Shown here: in pieces, positions 32,759-43,318 of the stretch | Numbering within the stretch: position 1 is the first letter of the stretch | Layout: the number at the start of each line of letters is the position of its first letter | Assembly: GCA_963781585.1 (NCBI GenBank) | Contig: CAWAGQ010000013.1 | Location: forward strand, 288,001-352,000 | DNA length: 64,000 nucleotides | Source of the DNA: an uncultured Gemmatimonadaceae bacterium | GTDB lineage: Bacteria; Gemmatimonadota; Gemmatimonadetes; Gemmatimonadales; Gemmatimonadaceae | Direction: 5' to 3' | Program-made: the position numbers and the translations under genes | Notes under the pieces: model-generated | Databases searched by the model: none | What the model saw: the letters and a program-made list of their open reading frames with translations, nothing else | What the model was told of the DNA's origin: nothing

Positions 32759-35455
32759 GTGACGACGCCGTCCCCGCTCCCGGCATCGCGCCTGCCGGCG
32801 CTCGCGCGTGCGATCTCGGCGCTCATTCGAGGGCCCGACGCGGATGTCGTGCGCGGCGACCTCGAGGAGACGTATCGGCGGAGGATCGCCATCGAGGGAC
32901 CGTCGTGGCGCGCGCGCCTCGCCTGCATCGCCGACGCCGCGGCGTCGCTGCTCCACTGGTGGTCGCCGGCGGCCGCGGCCCGCCGCCGCATGCAGGCGCC
33001 CACGGACCCCGCGGGAGAGAGGATGACGACAATCGGGCACGACCTGAGACTGATGCTGCGCGCCCTCGCGCGGCGTCCCGGCTATGCCGCCACCGTGGCG
33101 ATCACGCTCGGACTCGGCGTCGGCGCGACCACGTCGATCTACAGCGTCATCGACGCGATCCTGGTCCGTCCGCTTCCCTACGGCGCCGCGAACCGGCTGG
33201 TGCTCATCGGCAACACGGTGCCCGGCCGCGAGTGGCTCGAGGGACACGAGGGACTGCAGCGACTCGGCCCGGTGTCGCTCGAGGCCCTCCGCGACCTGCG
33301 GGCGCGGACGCACGCGATCGACGCGGCCGCCGCGATCGACCGGGCGGGGTCGCTCGTCCAGACGCCCGACAACGGCGCGGAGGCGATCGACCTCGCCGTC
33401 GTCCAGCAGGGTTTCTTCGACCTGCTGTCGGTGAAGCCGTTTATGGGACGCCTGCCGCGGGACGGCGACCAGCGCGGCCCCGACGGTCCGGCAGGCGTGG
33501 CAATCAGCTATGCCGGCTGGCAACACCGCTTCGGCGGCGATCCCGACATCATCGGAAAGCGATACGGCGGCTTCACAATCGTCGGCGTCTTGCCGCGCGA
33601 TTTCGTCCAGCCGGCCGCGCTCGTCGGCACCGACGTCGAGTTCTGGCGTCACCTCGATCCCACGGACCCGCGCTACGCCGGTTCACGCCAGCGGGGACTC
33701 CAGGTCCTGGCGCGCCTGGCCCCGGGCGTATCGGTTGACGGGGCGCGTCGCGAGCTCGCCGCGGCGCAGCGGCAGCTCGCCGAGGAGCACCCGGGGGAGA
33801 ACGAGGGCAGGGACGGAGTGCGGCTGGGCATCGGCGTGAATTCCCTCCGCGACGCCACAATCGGCAGCGGGGCACGTCCGGTGCTGATCTTTCTCGGGGC
33901 CGCGGTGCTCCTGCTTCTGCTCGCTGGCACCAACGCCGCAAACCTCCTCATCGTTCGCGGCCTGGAGCGGGACGGTGAGCTCTCGCTCCGGCGTGCGTTA
34001 GGCGCCGGGCGAGGCCGCCTTGCGGCGAGCGTCGTGGGCGAGAGCGTGGTGCTCGCGCTGGCCGGCGGGGTGGTGGGCCTCGCGATCGCAGTCGGAGGCG
34101 TCGCTGCCTTCCGCCGTTTCGGACCGCAAACGCTGCCGCGCATGGGCGAGGTCGCCGTCAATGGCCGGATCGTCGCGGCGGGAGCACTGCTCTCCCTGCT
34201 GGTCGGCATCGTCGTCGGCGTCATGCCCGCCGCGCGGTCGAGTGGGGCCGACCTGCTCTCCAATCTCCGCTCGTCGCTCACGGCGATCTCGCCGCGCGGC
34301 ACGCGGCTTCGTACGGCGCTCGCCGCCACGCAACTGGCCATCGCCCTCGTGCTTGGAGTGGGCGCGAGCCTGCTGTTCCGCTCGTTCGTGGAACTCCGGT
34401 CGCAGCCGCTGGGTTTCTCGCCCGATCGGACGGTCACGTTCTCGGTGCTCTTCAAGAGCCGGAACATGTCGGAGATGTGGGACCAGGTGCTCGACGTGGT
34501 TAGGCGCGTGCCGGGCGTTTCGGCGGCTGCCGGCGGATCGAACCTGCCGTTCGAGAGCCCGATCCTCGCAATGCGGCTCGCCCCGATCGACCAGTCGCCC
34601 GGCGCTCCCGTCGAGAGGGTTGCCACGTACGGCGTGACGCCGGGGTACTTCGCGGCGATGCACATTCCCGTGCTGCGCGGCCGCGACTTCGACCTGACCG
34701 ACAAGGCGGACTCGCGACGCGTCGTGCTCGTGAACGAGAGCTTCGCGCGGTCCGCCTTCGGCGATCGCGATCCGGTGGGCCAACACCTGCGTGTCCCCGA
34801 CGACGATACGGGCGACAGCCCCGAGGTTGTGGGCGTGGTGGGCGACGTGGTGCAGGCGCGCGTCGAGGATGGTATGCGTCCCGCGATCTACGTCCCGTAT
34901 ACGCAGACGATGGCGCTGGTGCACGTCGTGGCGACGACGCGTCGCGATGCCGAGGGAACGGCGCGTGACGTGCGGCGCGCACTGAGCGGCGCGGGCATCG
35001 TCGCGCCCGTCGTCGACCCGACGACGATGAGCGCCCGGGTCACGGCATCGCGCGCGGTGCCGCGGTTCCAGATGCTGCTGCTCGGCGCGTTCGCCGTCGT
35101 GGCGGTGCTGCTCGCGGCGATCGGGCTCTACGGCACACTCGCCTTCACGGTGCGATCACGCCTCCGCGAGATCGGCATCCGCATGGCGATGGGGGCCACG
35201 CAAGAGCAGATCTTCGGACTCATTCTTCGGCAGGGGCTCGCGGTGCTGGGCATCGGCCTGACGGCCGGCGTGCTCGGCGCGATCGCCTTGACACGCTTGA
35301 TGGTGGCGTTCCTCTATCGCGTCCACCCGGTCGATCCCGCGTCGTTCCTTTCCGCGCTCGCGATCCTCACGGTGGCGGTGCTCGTCGCCGCGCTGCGTCC
35401 CGCGCGGCGCGCGGCGCGGGTCGATCCGGTGACGAGTCTGCGCGCCGAGTGGTGA
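32759..35455 (+). CDS. Duplicated MacB/FtsX-like ABC permease (ADOP type)
   Basis: TLGLGVGATTSIYS, two FtsX domains, EIGIRMAMGA, PARRAARVDP; follows padR. Confidence 0.88.
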   Translation: MTTPSPLPASRLPALARAISALIRGPDADVVRGDLEETYRRRIAIEGPSWRARLACIADAAASLLHWWSPAAAARRRMQAPTDPAGERMTTIGHDLRLMLRALARRPGYAATVAITLGLGVGATTSIYSVIDAILVRPLPYGAANRLVLIGNTVPGREWLEGHEGLQRLGPVSLEALRDLRARTHAIDAAAAIDRAGSLVQTPDNGAEAIDLAVVQQGFFDLLSVKPFMGRLPRDGDQRGPDGPAGVAISYAGWQHRFGGDPDIIGKRYGGFTIVGVLPRDFVQPAALVGTDVEFWRHLDPTDPRYAGSRQRGLQVLARLAPGVSVDGARRELAAAQRQLAEEHPGENEGRDGVRLGIGVNSLRDATIGSGARPVLIFLGAAVLLLLLAGTNAANLLIVRGLERDGELSLRRALGAGRGRLAASVVGESVVLALAGGVVGLAIAVGGVAAFRRFGPQTLPRMGEVAVNGRIVAAGALLSLLVGIVVGVMPAARSSGADLLSNLRSSLTAISPRGTRLRTALAATQLAIALVLGVGASLLFRSFVELRSQPLGFSPDRTVTFSVLFKSRNMSEMWDQVLDVVRRVPGVSAAAGGSNLPFESPILAMRLAPIDQSPGAPVERVATYGVTPGYFAAMHIPVLRGRDFDLTDKADSRRVVLVNESFARSAFGDRDPVGQHLRVPDDDTGDSPEVVGVVGDVVQARVEDGMRPAIYVPYTQTMALVHVVATTRRDAEGTARDVRRALSGAGIVAPVVDPTTMSARVTASRAVPRFQMLLLGAFAVVAVLLAAIGLYGTLAFTVRSRLREIGIRMAMGATQEQIFGLILRQGLAVLGIGLTAGVLGAIALTRLMVAFLYRVHPVDPASFLSALAILTVAVLVAALRPARRAARVDPVTSLRAEW

Positions 35456-35647
35456 AACTGACGTCCGCTTCCCTCGCGAGACGAAGTAACTCGTCCCCAC
35501 GCGGCACCCCGGTCCAACCGGGCGATCGAACCATCCCGCGGGCGGCGACGGTGCGCGACGACGGGCACCGACCCGGGGAACCCTTTGCCCCTGGCGCGTG
35601 GTCCAAAGAAGGCACGACACGCGTAGATTCCAGCAACTGAGACGCCG

Positions 35648-37213
35648 ATGGAAACCGTGCCCGCACGTGACCCGGGTCTCCGGCAGCATGCCGGTGCCCC
35701 GCAGAAACCAACCACCCCGAATCGAAGCCGGGCGCGTCTGCGCGGCACACTTGCCGCCGCTGCCCTGCTCGTGTTGCCGCTCGCTGCGGCGCAACACCGG
35801 TGGCAGCCGCCCACCTCCCTCTCCGACGCCGAGTTCTGGAACGTCTTCACCACCATGTCGGAGCCGGGCGGGTCGTTCGCGTCAGAGAACTTCGTCTCGA
35901 ACGAGGTCTCGTTTCAGGAAGTCATTCCAACGCTGCAGCGATCGCTCACCGCCGGCGGCGCGTATCTCGGTGTCGGTCCGGAACAGAACTTCACCTACAT
36001 CGCGAACCTCCGCCCGCGTCTGGCGGTGATCTTCGACATCCGGCGTCAGAACGCGATGCAGCACCTGATGTACAAGGCGCTCTTCGAGCTGTCGCCGACC
36101 CGCGCCGAGTTCGTCGCGCGGCTCTTCTCGCGTCCCGCCGTGGCGCGGCTCGACACGAGCGTGAAGGTGGAGGCCCTGTTCGATTCGGCCACCCGGTCCG
36201 CGCCGAGCGATTCCGCGTTCCACGCGAATCACGACGCGATCCTGAATACGCTGACCCGGAAGCACGGATTCGCGCTCTCGCCCGACGATGTCGCAATGAT
36301 CGAGCACGTGTACGACATCTTCTGCACCGCCGGGCCGGACGTGAGTTACGGGACGCGATCAACGGGGTCGTGGATGGGTCGCGCGGGCTACCCGACGTAC
36401 GGCGCGCTGCAGTCGGGGACCAACGCGGACAGCGTGCAGATGGCGTTTCTGGCCAGCGAGGAGAACTATCGCACCGTGCGTGAGCTCGAGTTGCGGAACC
36501 TGATCGTTCCGGTGGTCGGCGATTTCGCCGGCCCGAAGGCGATCCGGGCCGTGGGTGCGTACCTGCGCGAACTCGGCCTCACGGTGACCGCGTTCTATGT
36601 CTCGAACGTGGAGCAGTATCTGTTTCGCCAGGCCGGTGCGGCCGACGCGTTCTATGGCAACGTCGCCTCGCTCCCGATCGACACCACGAGCACCTTCATC
36701 CGGTCCGTCCCCCGTGCCGCGTCTCCCTTCAGCGTCAGCTGGTTTGGCGGCGGCAGCGCGGGAACGCTCGCTGCCGGCGGGGTGGTGGTGAGCGTCATCG
36801 ACAGCGGCGGTGTGCGCACCACGCGCATGGTGCGTGACAGCGCGGGTGTGCAAGTGGTACAGGTGACGGTGGACAGTACGGCACGCCTGGGGAGGGCAGC
36901 GGTGCCAACGGCTCCCGGCTGCGCGACTTCGCCAACCGCCCCTTGTACGCTCTCGATCGACTCGTCGCGCACCTCAACAGCTGCGCGGCAGGACAGCATG
37001 CTCGCGTCGATGTTGCGGACGCTGATGGTGCGACGGGACAGCATCATGGCGCTCCCCGGCGGGCGGAGCCTCGTGGGCCCGTCGCGCGTGATGATGCTGG
37101 GTGGGCTGCTCACATCCGGACTGGCGTCGATGCGGGAAACGCTGGACGCGTTCTTTGCCGGTACGGTGCACAACTACGACGACGTCATTCGCATGACGAA
37201 GCCGGGTGGCTGA
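35648..37213 (+). CDS. Hypothetical secreted protein
   Basis: Long ORF; LSDAEFW..SEPGG.F.SENFVSNE, YLGVGPEQNFTYIA, AFYVSNVEQYL look like conserved blocks. Confidence 0.7.
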   Translation: METVPARDPGLRQHAGAPQKPTTPNRSRARLRGTLAAAALLVLPLAAAQHRWQPPTSLSDAEFWNVFTTMSEPGGSFASENFVSNEVSFQEVIPTLQRSLTAGGAYLGVGPEQNFTYIANLRPRLAVIFDIRRQNAMQHLMYKALFELSPTRAEFVARLFSRPAVARLDTSVKVEALFDSATRSAPSDSAFHANHDAILNTLTRKHGFALSPDDVAMIEHVYDIFCTAGPDVSYGTRSTGSWMGRAGYPTYGALQSGTNADSVQMAFLASEENYRTVRELELRNLIVPVVGDFAGPKAIRAVGAYLRELGLTVTAFYVSNVEQYLFRQAGAADAFYGNVASLPIDTTSTFIRSVPRAASPFSVSWFGGGSAGTLAAGGVVVSVIDSGGVRTTRMVRDSAGVQVVQVTVDSTARLGRAAVPTAPGCATSPTAPCTLSIDSSRTSTAARQDSMLASMLRTLMVRRDSIMALPGGRSLVGPSRVMMLGGLLTSGLASMRETLDAFFAGTVHNYDDVIRMTKPGG

Positions 37214-37297
37214 GGGCCCGGAGGCCGTCACCGGTTCGACGCGGAAGCGATCCGGGCGAACGGCGGCGCCAGTGATCGTCACCCAATCCCGGACCCA

Positions 37298-37809
37298 ATG
37301 CGACTCGTTCTTCCCGGCCTCATTCTGACTGCTGCCTGCCCGTCCTCGCGGGCGCCGCTACGCCGGGCGTGCGCGTGGCGCATTGCCGGGTGCGCGGGGT
37401 GATCGGGAGCGCGACGCGTTTCGAACTCCTCCTGCCTGACGATTGGAACCGGCGATTCGCGATGGGTGGGGGCGGCGGGTTCGGCGGCTCGGTCGAGAAC
37501 ATGGCGGAATCCAGCGTCAACTCCGGGTACGCCACTGTCGGGACGGACGCGGGTCACGAGGCGAGTGGCCTCTCGGCGAGCTGGGCGCTGCACAACGAGG
37601 AGCGGTTGACCGACTACGGGTACCGTGCCATCCACCGCACGGCGGAGGTAGCCAGGCAGCTCATTCGCGCCTATTACGGGTCGGCGCCACTCAAGTCGTT
37701 CTTCCTCGGATGTTCCAACGGCGGGCGCGAGGCACTCATGGAGGCGCAGCGGTTCCCGACGGACTTCGACGGGATCGTTGCCGTCGCGCCGTGTCCAGTA
37801 TCAGCGTGA
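37298..37809 (+). pseudogene. Tannase/feruloyl esterase N-terminal fragment
   Basis: FELLLPDDWNRRF..GGGGFGG, TDAGH, GCSNGGRE.L.EAQRFPTDFDGI, then abrupt end. Confidence 0.8.
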
Positions 37810-38104
37810 GCAGCGACGATGACGGCTCCACCATACAGCGGTGCTATCACTGCCCTGACGAGCCGCTTCGCATCGTGCAAGTGCGCGAGAATGGCCGCCG
37901 CCTCCGCCGGAACGTCGTGGAAGCACAGCGACGTCACGAGCTTTGCGGCGTCTGCAGCAAATCATGTTAGCCAGCGTCCGCCTCGTCATTTGGAGAATGG
38001 ACCCGAGCTCGTCAAATCCAATGCATCTGAAAGTCCCCACCATCGCCTGAGGACGACGGCACGGAGGAGACAGACGACCTCGTCAGGCGCATCAAGACGG
38101 CGGG

Positions 38105-38259
38105 CGCGGTGCCGGCGATGTTCACGACGTACGCGTACGGGCAAGCTCGCCGACTTCGTGATGCTCGCCGACGATCCGCACGCGGTAGATGCGGGGAAGA
38201 TCAAGGACATCGAGATCGTGCGGACGGTGGTGGGCGGGGGGACGGCGTACCAGGCGTGA
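38105..38259 (+). pseudogene. Amidohydrolase (family 3) C-terminal fragment
   Basis: GKLADFVMLADDPH....IKDIEIVRTVVGG. Confidence 0.65.
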
Positions 38260-38429
38260 GCGGCCGGCATCGCGCCCCTGGCGAAACGCTGCGGGCATTC
38301 CGGCTGTCCCACCGTGGTTCCCGGCCTGGCACGAACCGGGCTTTTGGCTTGCCTGGCGTGAATCTCCTGGTCATGCGGGTCGACCCGGTGCGCGCGGAGC
38401 GGCTCTCCGCGTCGTCGAAGAAGCGACCC

Positions 38430-38726
38430 AGGAGCACCCACGAGATCGGCGTGCGGATCGCGCTGGGCGCGACGGCGCAGCGCATCGTCGGCCTGGTCGT
38501 CGGGCGCAGCGTGGGGCTCGCCGTGGCGGGGCTCGTGGTGGGTCTGGGACTGGCACTCTGGGGAAGCCGCTACCTCGACGGGCTGCAGTTCGATACGTCC
38601 ACGCACGATCCAGCGGTCTATGGCATCGCGTCCGCGACGCTGCTGCTCGTGGCGGTGGCGGCGAGCGTCGTCCCGGCACTGCGCGCGCGGCGGGTCGATC
38701 CGGTGCGGTCCCTGAAGGCGGAATAG
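38430..38726 (+). pseudogene. ABC permease C-terminal fragment
   Basis: THEIGVRIALGA...PALRARRVDPVRSLKAE without the upstream domains. Confidence 0.7.
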
Positions 38727-38755
38727 TCGCCGGCACCCGGGCAACCCTTCAGGGG

Positions 38756-38786
38756 CATAGAGCATCTATGGCATAGATGCTCTATG
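38756..38786. promoter_or_regulatory. 15-bp perfect inverted repeat, probable operator
   Basis: CATAGAGCATCTATG-G-CATAGATGCTCTATG, 70 bp upstream of the permease gene. Confidence 0.6.
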
Positions 38787-38856
38787 GCCGTGTGGCCGGC
38801 GCCGTTGTGGCGGCGCCCGGTCGTCCGGCGAGAGCGGCTTCCCGGGAGAACCACAT

Positions 38857-41481
38857 ATGCGCGCGTTCCTGGCCCGATTGCTCGACTGGCTCCGTCGCGA
38901 CCGGATCGACGGCGAATTGCAGGAGGAGCTGACCTTTCATCGCCAGCGGCTGGAGCGCGATGCGCGCGATGCCGGCGTTCCGGAGGGACGCATCGCCGCC
39001 GCGAGCCGGCGTGCGCTGGGCTCCACGACGCGGACTCGCGAGGCCGTCCGGGAGGGCGCCTCGCTCCTCTGGCTCGACCACCTCGCGACGGACGTGCGCA
39101 TCGGCCTGCGGGCCCTGCGCCGGACACCGACGTTCACGGTGGCGGCGCTGGGGACCCTCGCGCTCGGCATCGGCGCAACGACCGTGATCTTCAGTGTCGC
39201 GTGGGCCATCTGGCTGCAACCACTTCCGTATCGCCAGCCCGATCGCCTGGTGTCGCTCGGCGACGCGTTTCGTGGCGGATCTGGCGGGACGATTTCCGTA
39301 CCGGAGGTCGACGACTACGCCCGGACCGGTGTCTTCGATGGCGTGGCGGCCTTTCAGTACGGCGCGACCATCATGAAACCGGGAGATGAACCGGTGCGGG
39401 TCCTCTCCTTCACGGTCTCGCCGAATCTCTTCGACGTGCTCGGCGTTTCTGCCCGGCTCGGTCATACGTTCACCGGTCGCGACACGATCGGCGCCGAGGC
39501 AGAGACGGTCGTGCTGAGCGATCGCCTGTGGCGGCAACGCTTTCATGCCGATACGGCCATCCTGGGACGCTCGATCGAGGCGTTCGGTGGCCTGCTGACC
39601 GTGGTCGGCGTGATGCCTGCCGAGTTTCGCTTTCCCGAGTGGCTGCCAAGCGAGATGTGGGTGCCGCGCAACTTCCGGTCGGAGGGCGGGAATCGCGGCA
39701 CGCGGTTCCTGAATGCGGTGGCCCGCCTCCGCGACGACGCGACACCCGGGCAGGTCCAGGCGGCGATGTCGGGGCTGACCCGTCAGCTCGCCGCGGATCA
39801 TCCTGACGCCAACCGGGACTGGGCCGCCACCGTCTCCCCACTGGTCGAGGGCACCGTGGGCGCCTACCGCGGCGCGTTAGGCTTCCTGCTCGGCACGGTG
39901 GGCCTGTTGTTGCTCATAGCCTGCGCCAATATCGCGAGCCTGCTCCTCGCCCGCACCACCGCGCGACGGAAGGAACTCGCCGTGCGCGTCGCGCTTGGTG
40001 CCGATCGCGCGCGCGTGACGCGTCTCGTCCTCACCGAGAGCACGCTCCTGGCCGTGCTGGGAGGAGGGCTCGGCATCCTGCTCGCCCGTCTGGGCGTTCC
40101 CCTGCTCGGAGCGCTCTTTCCGTCCTCGATCCCGCGCGCGGATCTCGTCGCGGTCAGCGCGCCGGTCATACTCTTCTCCGCACTGCTGTCGCTGGCGACC
40201 GGGATCGTGTGCGGGCTGGCACCGTCGTGGCGCGTCTCCGCGCTTGCGCCCGCTGAGGCGCTGCAGTCGGCGGGGCGCGCGATCATGGGAGCGGGCCGGC
40301 ACGGATTGCAGGAGATGCTCGTCGTGGGCGAGGTCGCCCTTTCGCTCATGCTGCTCGTCGGCGCGGGGATGATGTTGCGAAGCTTCCTCGCGCTCACGGC
40401 GCGGGACCACGGGTTCGCTCCCGCTCACGTGCTGACGATGCACATCACGCTGCCCTTCGACCGCTACGGCGACGCCAACGCCCGCCGGCAGGCGTTCGAG
40501 GATCTTGCGGCGGGGGTCCGCCGAGTGCCGGGTGTGGCGGATGCCGCCGAGGTCACCGGCTATCCGGGAAGCTCGCTCGGCTACCTGGGCGGCGGCCCGA
40601 TCGGCCCCGATCCGGGAGATCCCGCCCGGCAGGTGGTCGTGAGCTACCGCGCAAGCGGGCCGGCGTACTTTCGCACCATGCAGGCGACGCTGCTTGCGGG
40701 TCGCGACTTCGACCAGGGCGATCGCCCGGGATCGCCGAGTGTGGCCATCGTAAACCGGGAGCTCGCGGCACGCCTCTGGCCCGGTGAAGATCCGGTCGGC
40801 AGGACGCTCCGGCTTCCGGCTTCGCTGACGAACTTCCTGCCCTCGTCGTCCGTCGAGGTCGTCGGCGTGGTCGGGGACATGCGCCTCGGCGCGAAGCCCG
40901 CGGCCGACCTGTTCGTGCCGCTCGCACAGGTCCCGATGTTCTGGAGCGACCTGGTCGTGCGCGTTGCCGGCGATCCGGAAACGCACGCGAACGTGGTTCG
41001 GAGTGCGCTGCGTGCGATCGAGCCTGACCTACTCATCGAGGACGTGGCACCCATGCAACGCATCCTGGCGCGGCAGATTGCCCTGCAGCAGGTGCAGAGC
41101 GTCATCGCCGCGGTGCTGGGCGTGCTCGGATGCGTCCTCGCCGATCTCGGTCTCTTCGGATTGCTGTCGTACCTGGTAAACCGGCGGATGCCAGAATTCG
41201 GAGTGCGCATCGCCCTGGGAGCCACGCGGGCGCACATCTTCACCGCGGTACTGCATCGCGGACTGTCGCTCACCGGGGCCGGCATCACGCTCGGTGCCAT
41301 TGGCGCGTTCGGCCTGGTTCACCTGTTGCGCAATCGCCTGTTCGGCCTGCAAACGACCGACGTGCGCGTCTTCGCAGCGGCGGCCTGCTGCATGACAGCC
41401 GCTGCCATTGCCGCCTGCTGGCTCCCGGCCCGTCGTGCCACGCGCGCGCATCCCGTCGCGGCGATGCGCGTGGACGCCTGA
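38857..41481 (+). CDS. Duplicated MacB/FtsX-like ABC permease (ADOP type)
   Basis: ELQEELTFH prefix, TLALGIGATT, LLIACANIA, EFGVRIALGA, PARRATRAHP. Confidence 0.9.
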   Translation: MRAFLARLLDWLRRDRIDGELQEELTFHRQRLERDARDAGVPEGRIAAASRRALGSTTRTREAVREGASLLWLDHLATDVRIGLRALRRTPTFTVAALGTLALGIGATTVIFSVAWAIWLQPLPYRQPDRLVSLGDAFRGGSGGTISVPEVDDYARTGVFDGVAAFQYGATIMKPGDEPVRVLSFTVSPNLFDVLGVSARLGHTFTGRDTIGAEAETVVLSDRLWRQRFHADTAILGRSIEAFGGLLTVVGVMPAEFRFPEWLPSEMWVPRNFRSEGGNRGTRFLNAVARLRDDATPGQVQAAMSGLTRQLAADHPDANRDWAATVSPLVEGTVGAYRGALGFLLGTVGLLLLIACANIASLLLARTTARRKELAVRVALGADRARVTRLVLTESTLLAVLGGGLGILLARLGVPLLGALFPSSIPRADLVAVSAPVILFSALLSLATGIVCGLAPSWRVSALAPAEALQSAGRAIMGAGRHGLQEMLVVGEVALSLMLLVGAGMMLRSFLALTARDHGFAPAHVLTMHITLPFDRYGDANARRQAFEDLAAGVRRVPGVADAAEVTGYPGSSLGYLGGGPIGPDPGDPARQVVVSYRASGPAYFRTMQATLLAGRDFDQGDRPGSPSVAIVNRELAARLWPGEDPVGRTLRLPASLTNFLPSSSVEVVGVVGDMRLGAKPAADLFVPLAQVPMFWSDLVVRVAGDPETHANVVRSALRAIEPDLLIEDVAPMQRILARQIALQQVQSVIAAVLGVLGCVLADLGLFGLLSYLVNRRMPEFGVRIALGATRAHIFTAVLHRGLSLTGAGITLGAIGAFGLVHLLRNRLFGLQTTDVRVFAAAACCMTAAAIAACWLPARRATRAHPVAAMRVDA

Positions 41482-41543
41482 GGTCGCGGCCGTTGCGCGT
41501 TGATGCCTCACGACGCCGCGGGCGGGCGGGGCTGTCGGGGATA

Positions 41544-43002
41544 GGGGATAGGAAATTCAATCGCGCAGCGCCCGGAAGGTTGCGTCGGCAACTGCGGTGG
41601 GAGAGCCGCGGGTGGGGAACGCCGCGCGCGGAGGGCGCGCCGGACGCGTCCGCGGCGCGTCTGAGACGCGAGCGGGACGGGCGGTGGCGGCGACGCGCGT
41701 CGGGCGTGCCACGGTCGCGCAACCCACGCGTCCCCACGGCACTCAGCCTGAGTCATGGGGGAACGGGCAAACAGGGGTAACGCGTTAGGCGCTTTGACGC
41801 GCGGGGCGTGCCGACGCGCGGCGCGCTGTCGTGCGCGCCGTCGGCGGCGGCCCGCGGGCGGCCTCGCGGGTCCGGCGCATGTGGTCGAGGATCCGGTCGA
41901 TCCCGGCGCGCTGCGTGATGAAGGCGACGATGCGCATCTCGGCGCCGCACTGGGGGCACCGGAGCGGATCGACCTCGAAGAGCTGCCGCAGTAACTCGGC
42001 CCAGCGCCGCCGCGCCTCGCGGAGCGGGAGCGGCACCGCCTCAGCGATCGTCGTCGGTGGCGCGTCCGCGGTCGCCGCGCGCCGGGCACCGCGCACGCGA
42101 TTGGCGTAGTAGCCGTAGTAGCGCGTCATCACCTGGTGCTTGTTCGGCACGTGCGCCAGCACCCGCGCGAGAAACTCCAGCGGATCCACCGTGTCGGTCC
42201 CCGCCGTCGGCCCGTCCGCCTTGTCGGAGCGGTAGCGCACCTGGCGCGCCGGCGCATCGTACTCGAGCCGGTCGAGCGCCACGGGATTGCGCGCGCAATA
42301 CCGCGCCAAGCGCAGCGCGAAGGCCGTGTCGCCATCGGGGACCAGCACCGCATCGTGCACGTGAAAGCCCGAGTGCGGCCAGGCCAGCATCCCCTCGGCA
42401 TCTTCGTGCTCGAACAGCCCGCGCCGCACGAACAGCCGGAGCACGGCGCGACGAAACGCTTCGGTGAGCTGGGCCGTGTCGTGCGCGGGCCATGGCACGA
42501 AGGCGCCATCAGAACGGAAGCCCCCGTCGGTCGCAATCATATGAATGTGCGGATGCCAGTTGGCGAGCGATCCGTGGGTCTGGATGCAGCCCACGATGCC
42601 CACGGCGAGCGTCGGCTCTCGGGTCAGTGCGCGCACGGCGGCGGTCACCGTGCGCGCCGCGACGCGGGCGAGATCGCCCAGGAGCGAGCGGCGGTAGAGA
42701 CACCACGCGCGGAGGCGCTTGGGGATCGTGAGCACCACCTGGCGGTGCGGCACGCCGGGCGCAAGGAGCGAGTCTTCGAGCCACAACGTCCAGAGCGCCA
42801 AGCGCTTGGCGTGACAGCTCGGGCAGAAGTAGCGCGCCTTGCACGAGAAGGCGAGCAGGTACTCGTGCGCGCAGGCGTCGCAGCGCACGCGCGCGAATCC
42901 GTGCTCGAGCACGCCACACGCGAGGAACTTGTCGGCGACTTCGCGCACGACCGGGCGCCAGTCGCCATAGGTCGCGGCGAACCGCTCTTCGTACGCGGCG
43001 TG
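41544..43002 (-). mobile_element. ISCR-like element copy A, 5'-truncated (transposase remnant 41785-43002)
   Basis: Appears identical to 45460-46918 (offset 3916; six-frame ORFs match); oriIS-like end; homology stops at 43002, removing the transposase N-terminus. Confidence 0.85.
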
Positions 43003-43318
43003 CATGCCGTTCTCCCTGAGCGTGCTCTGTCGTCCCGGAGGTTGCCGGTGTGCCCGAGCAGCCCGCAAGGGGCGGCAGGCATGTCCGCGAACCTGCCTCA
43101 GCGCCCGTTCCGGTCATTCGCGGCAGCCGCGCGTCCAGCCGACATAAGCAATCTGGCGTTAACGGTGCGCATTGCCGGATTGCCCTGCGCGGTTCGCCGC
43201 AACATGATGCTGCCAGCGGCGAGCGAGTGAAGGCGACGGGCTCATTCTGCTGGAGAGGGATGCATGCCCGCCCCGTCCATCCTGGCTGCGAATGCTTCGT
43301 CGATCAACGGGAGATATC

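Noticed and set aside
43003..43068. Alternative N-terminus for transposase copy A
   Set aside because: Unrelated sequence beyond the truncation point.
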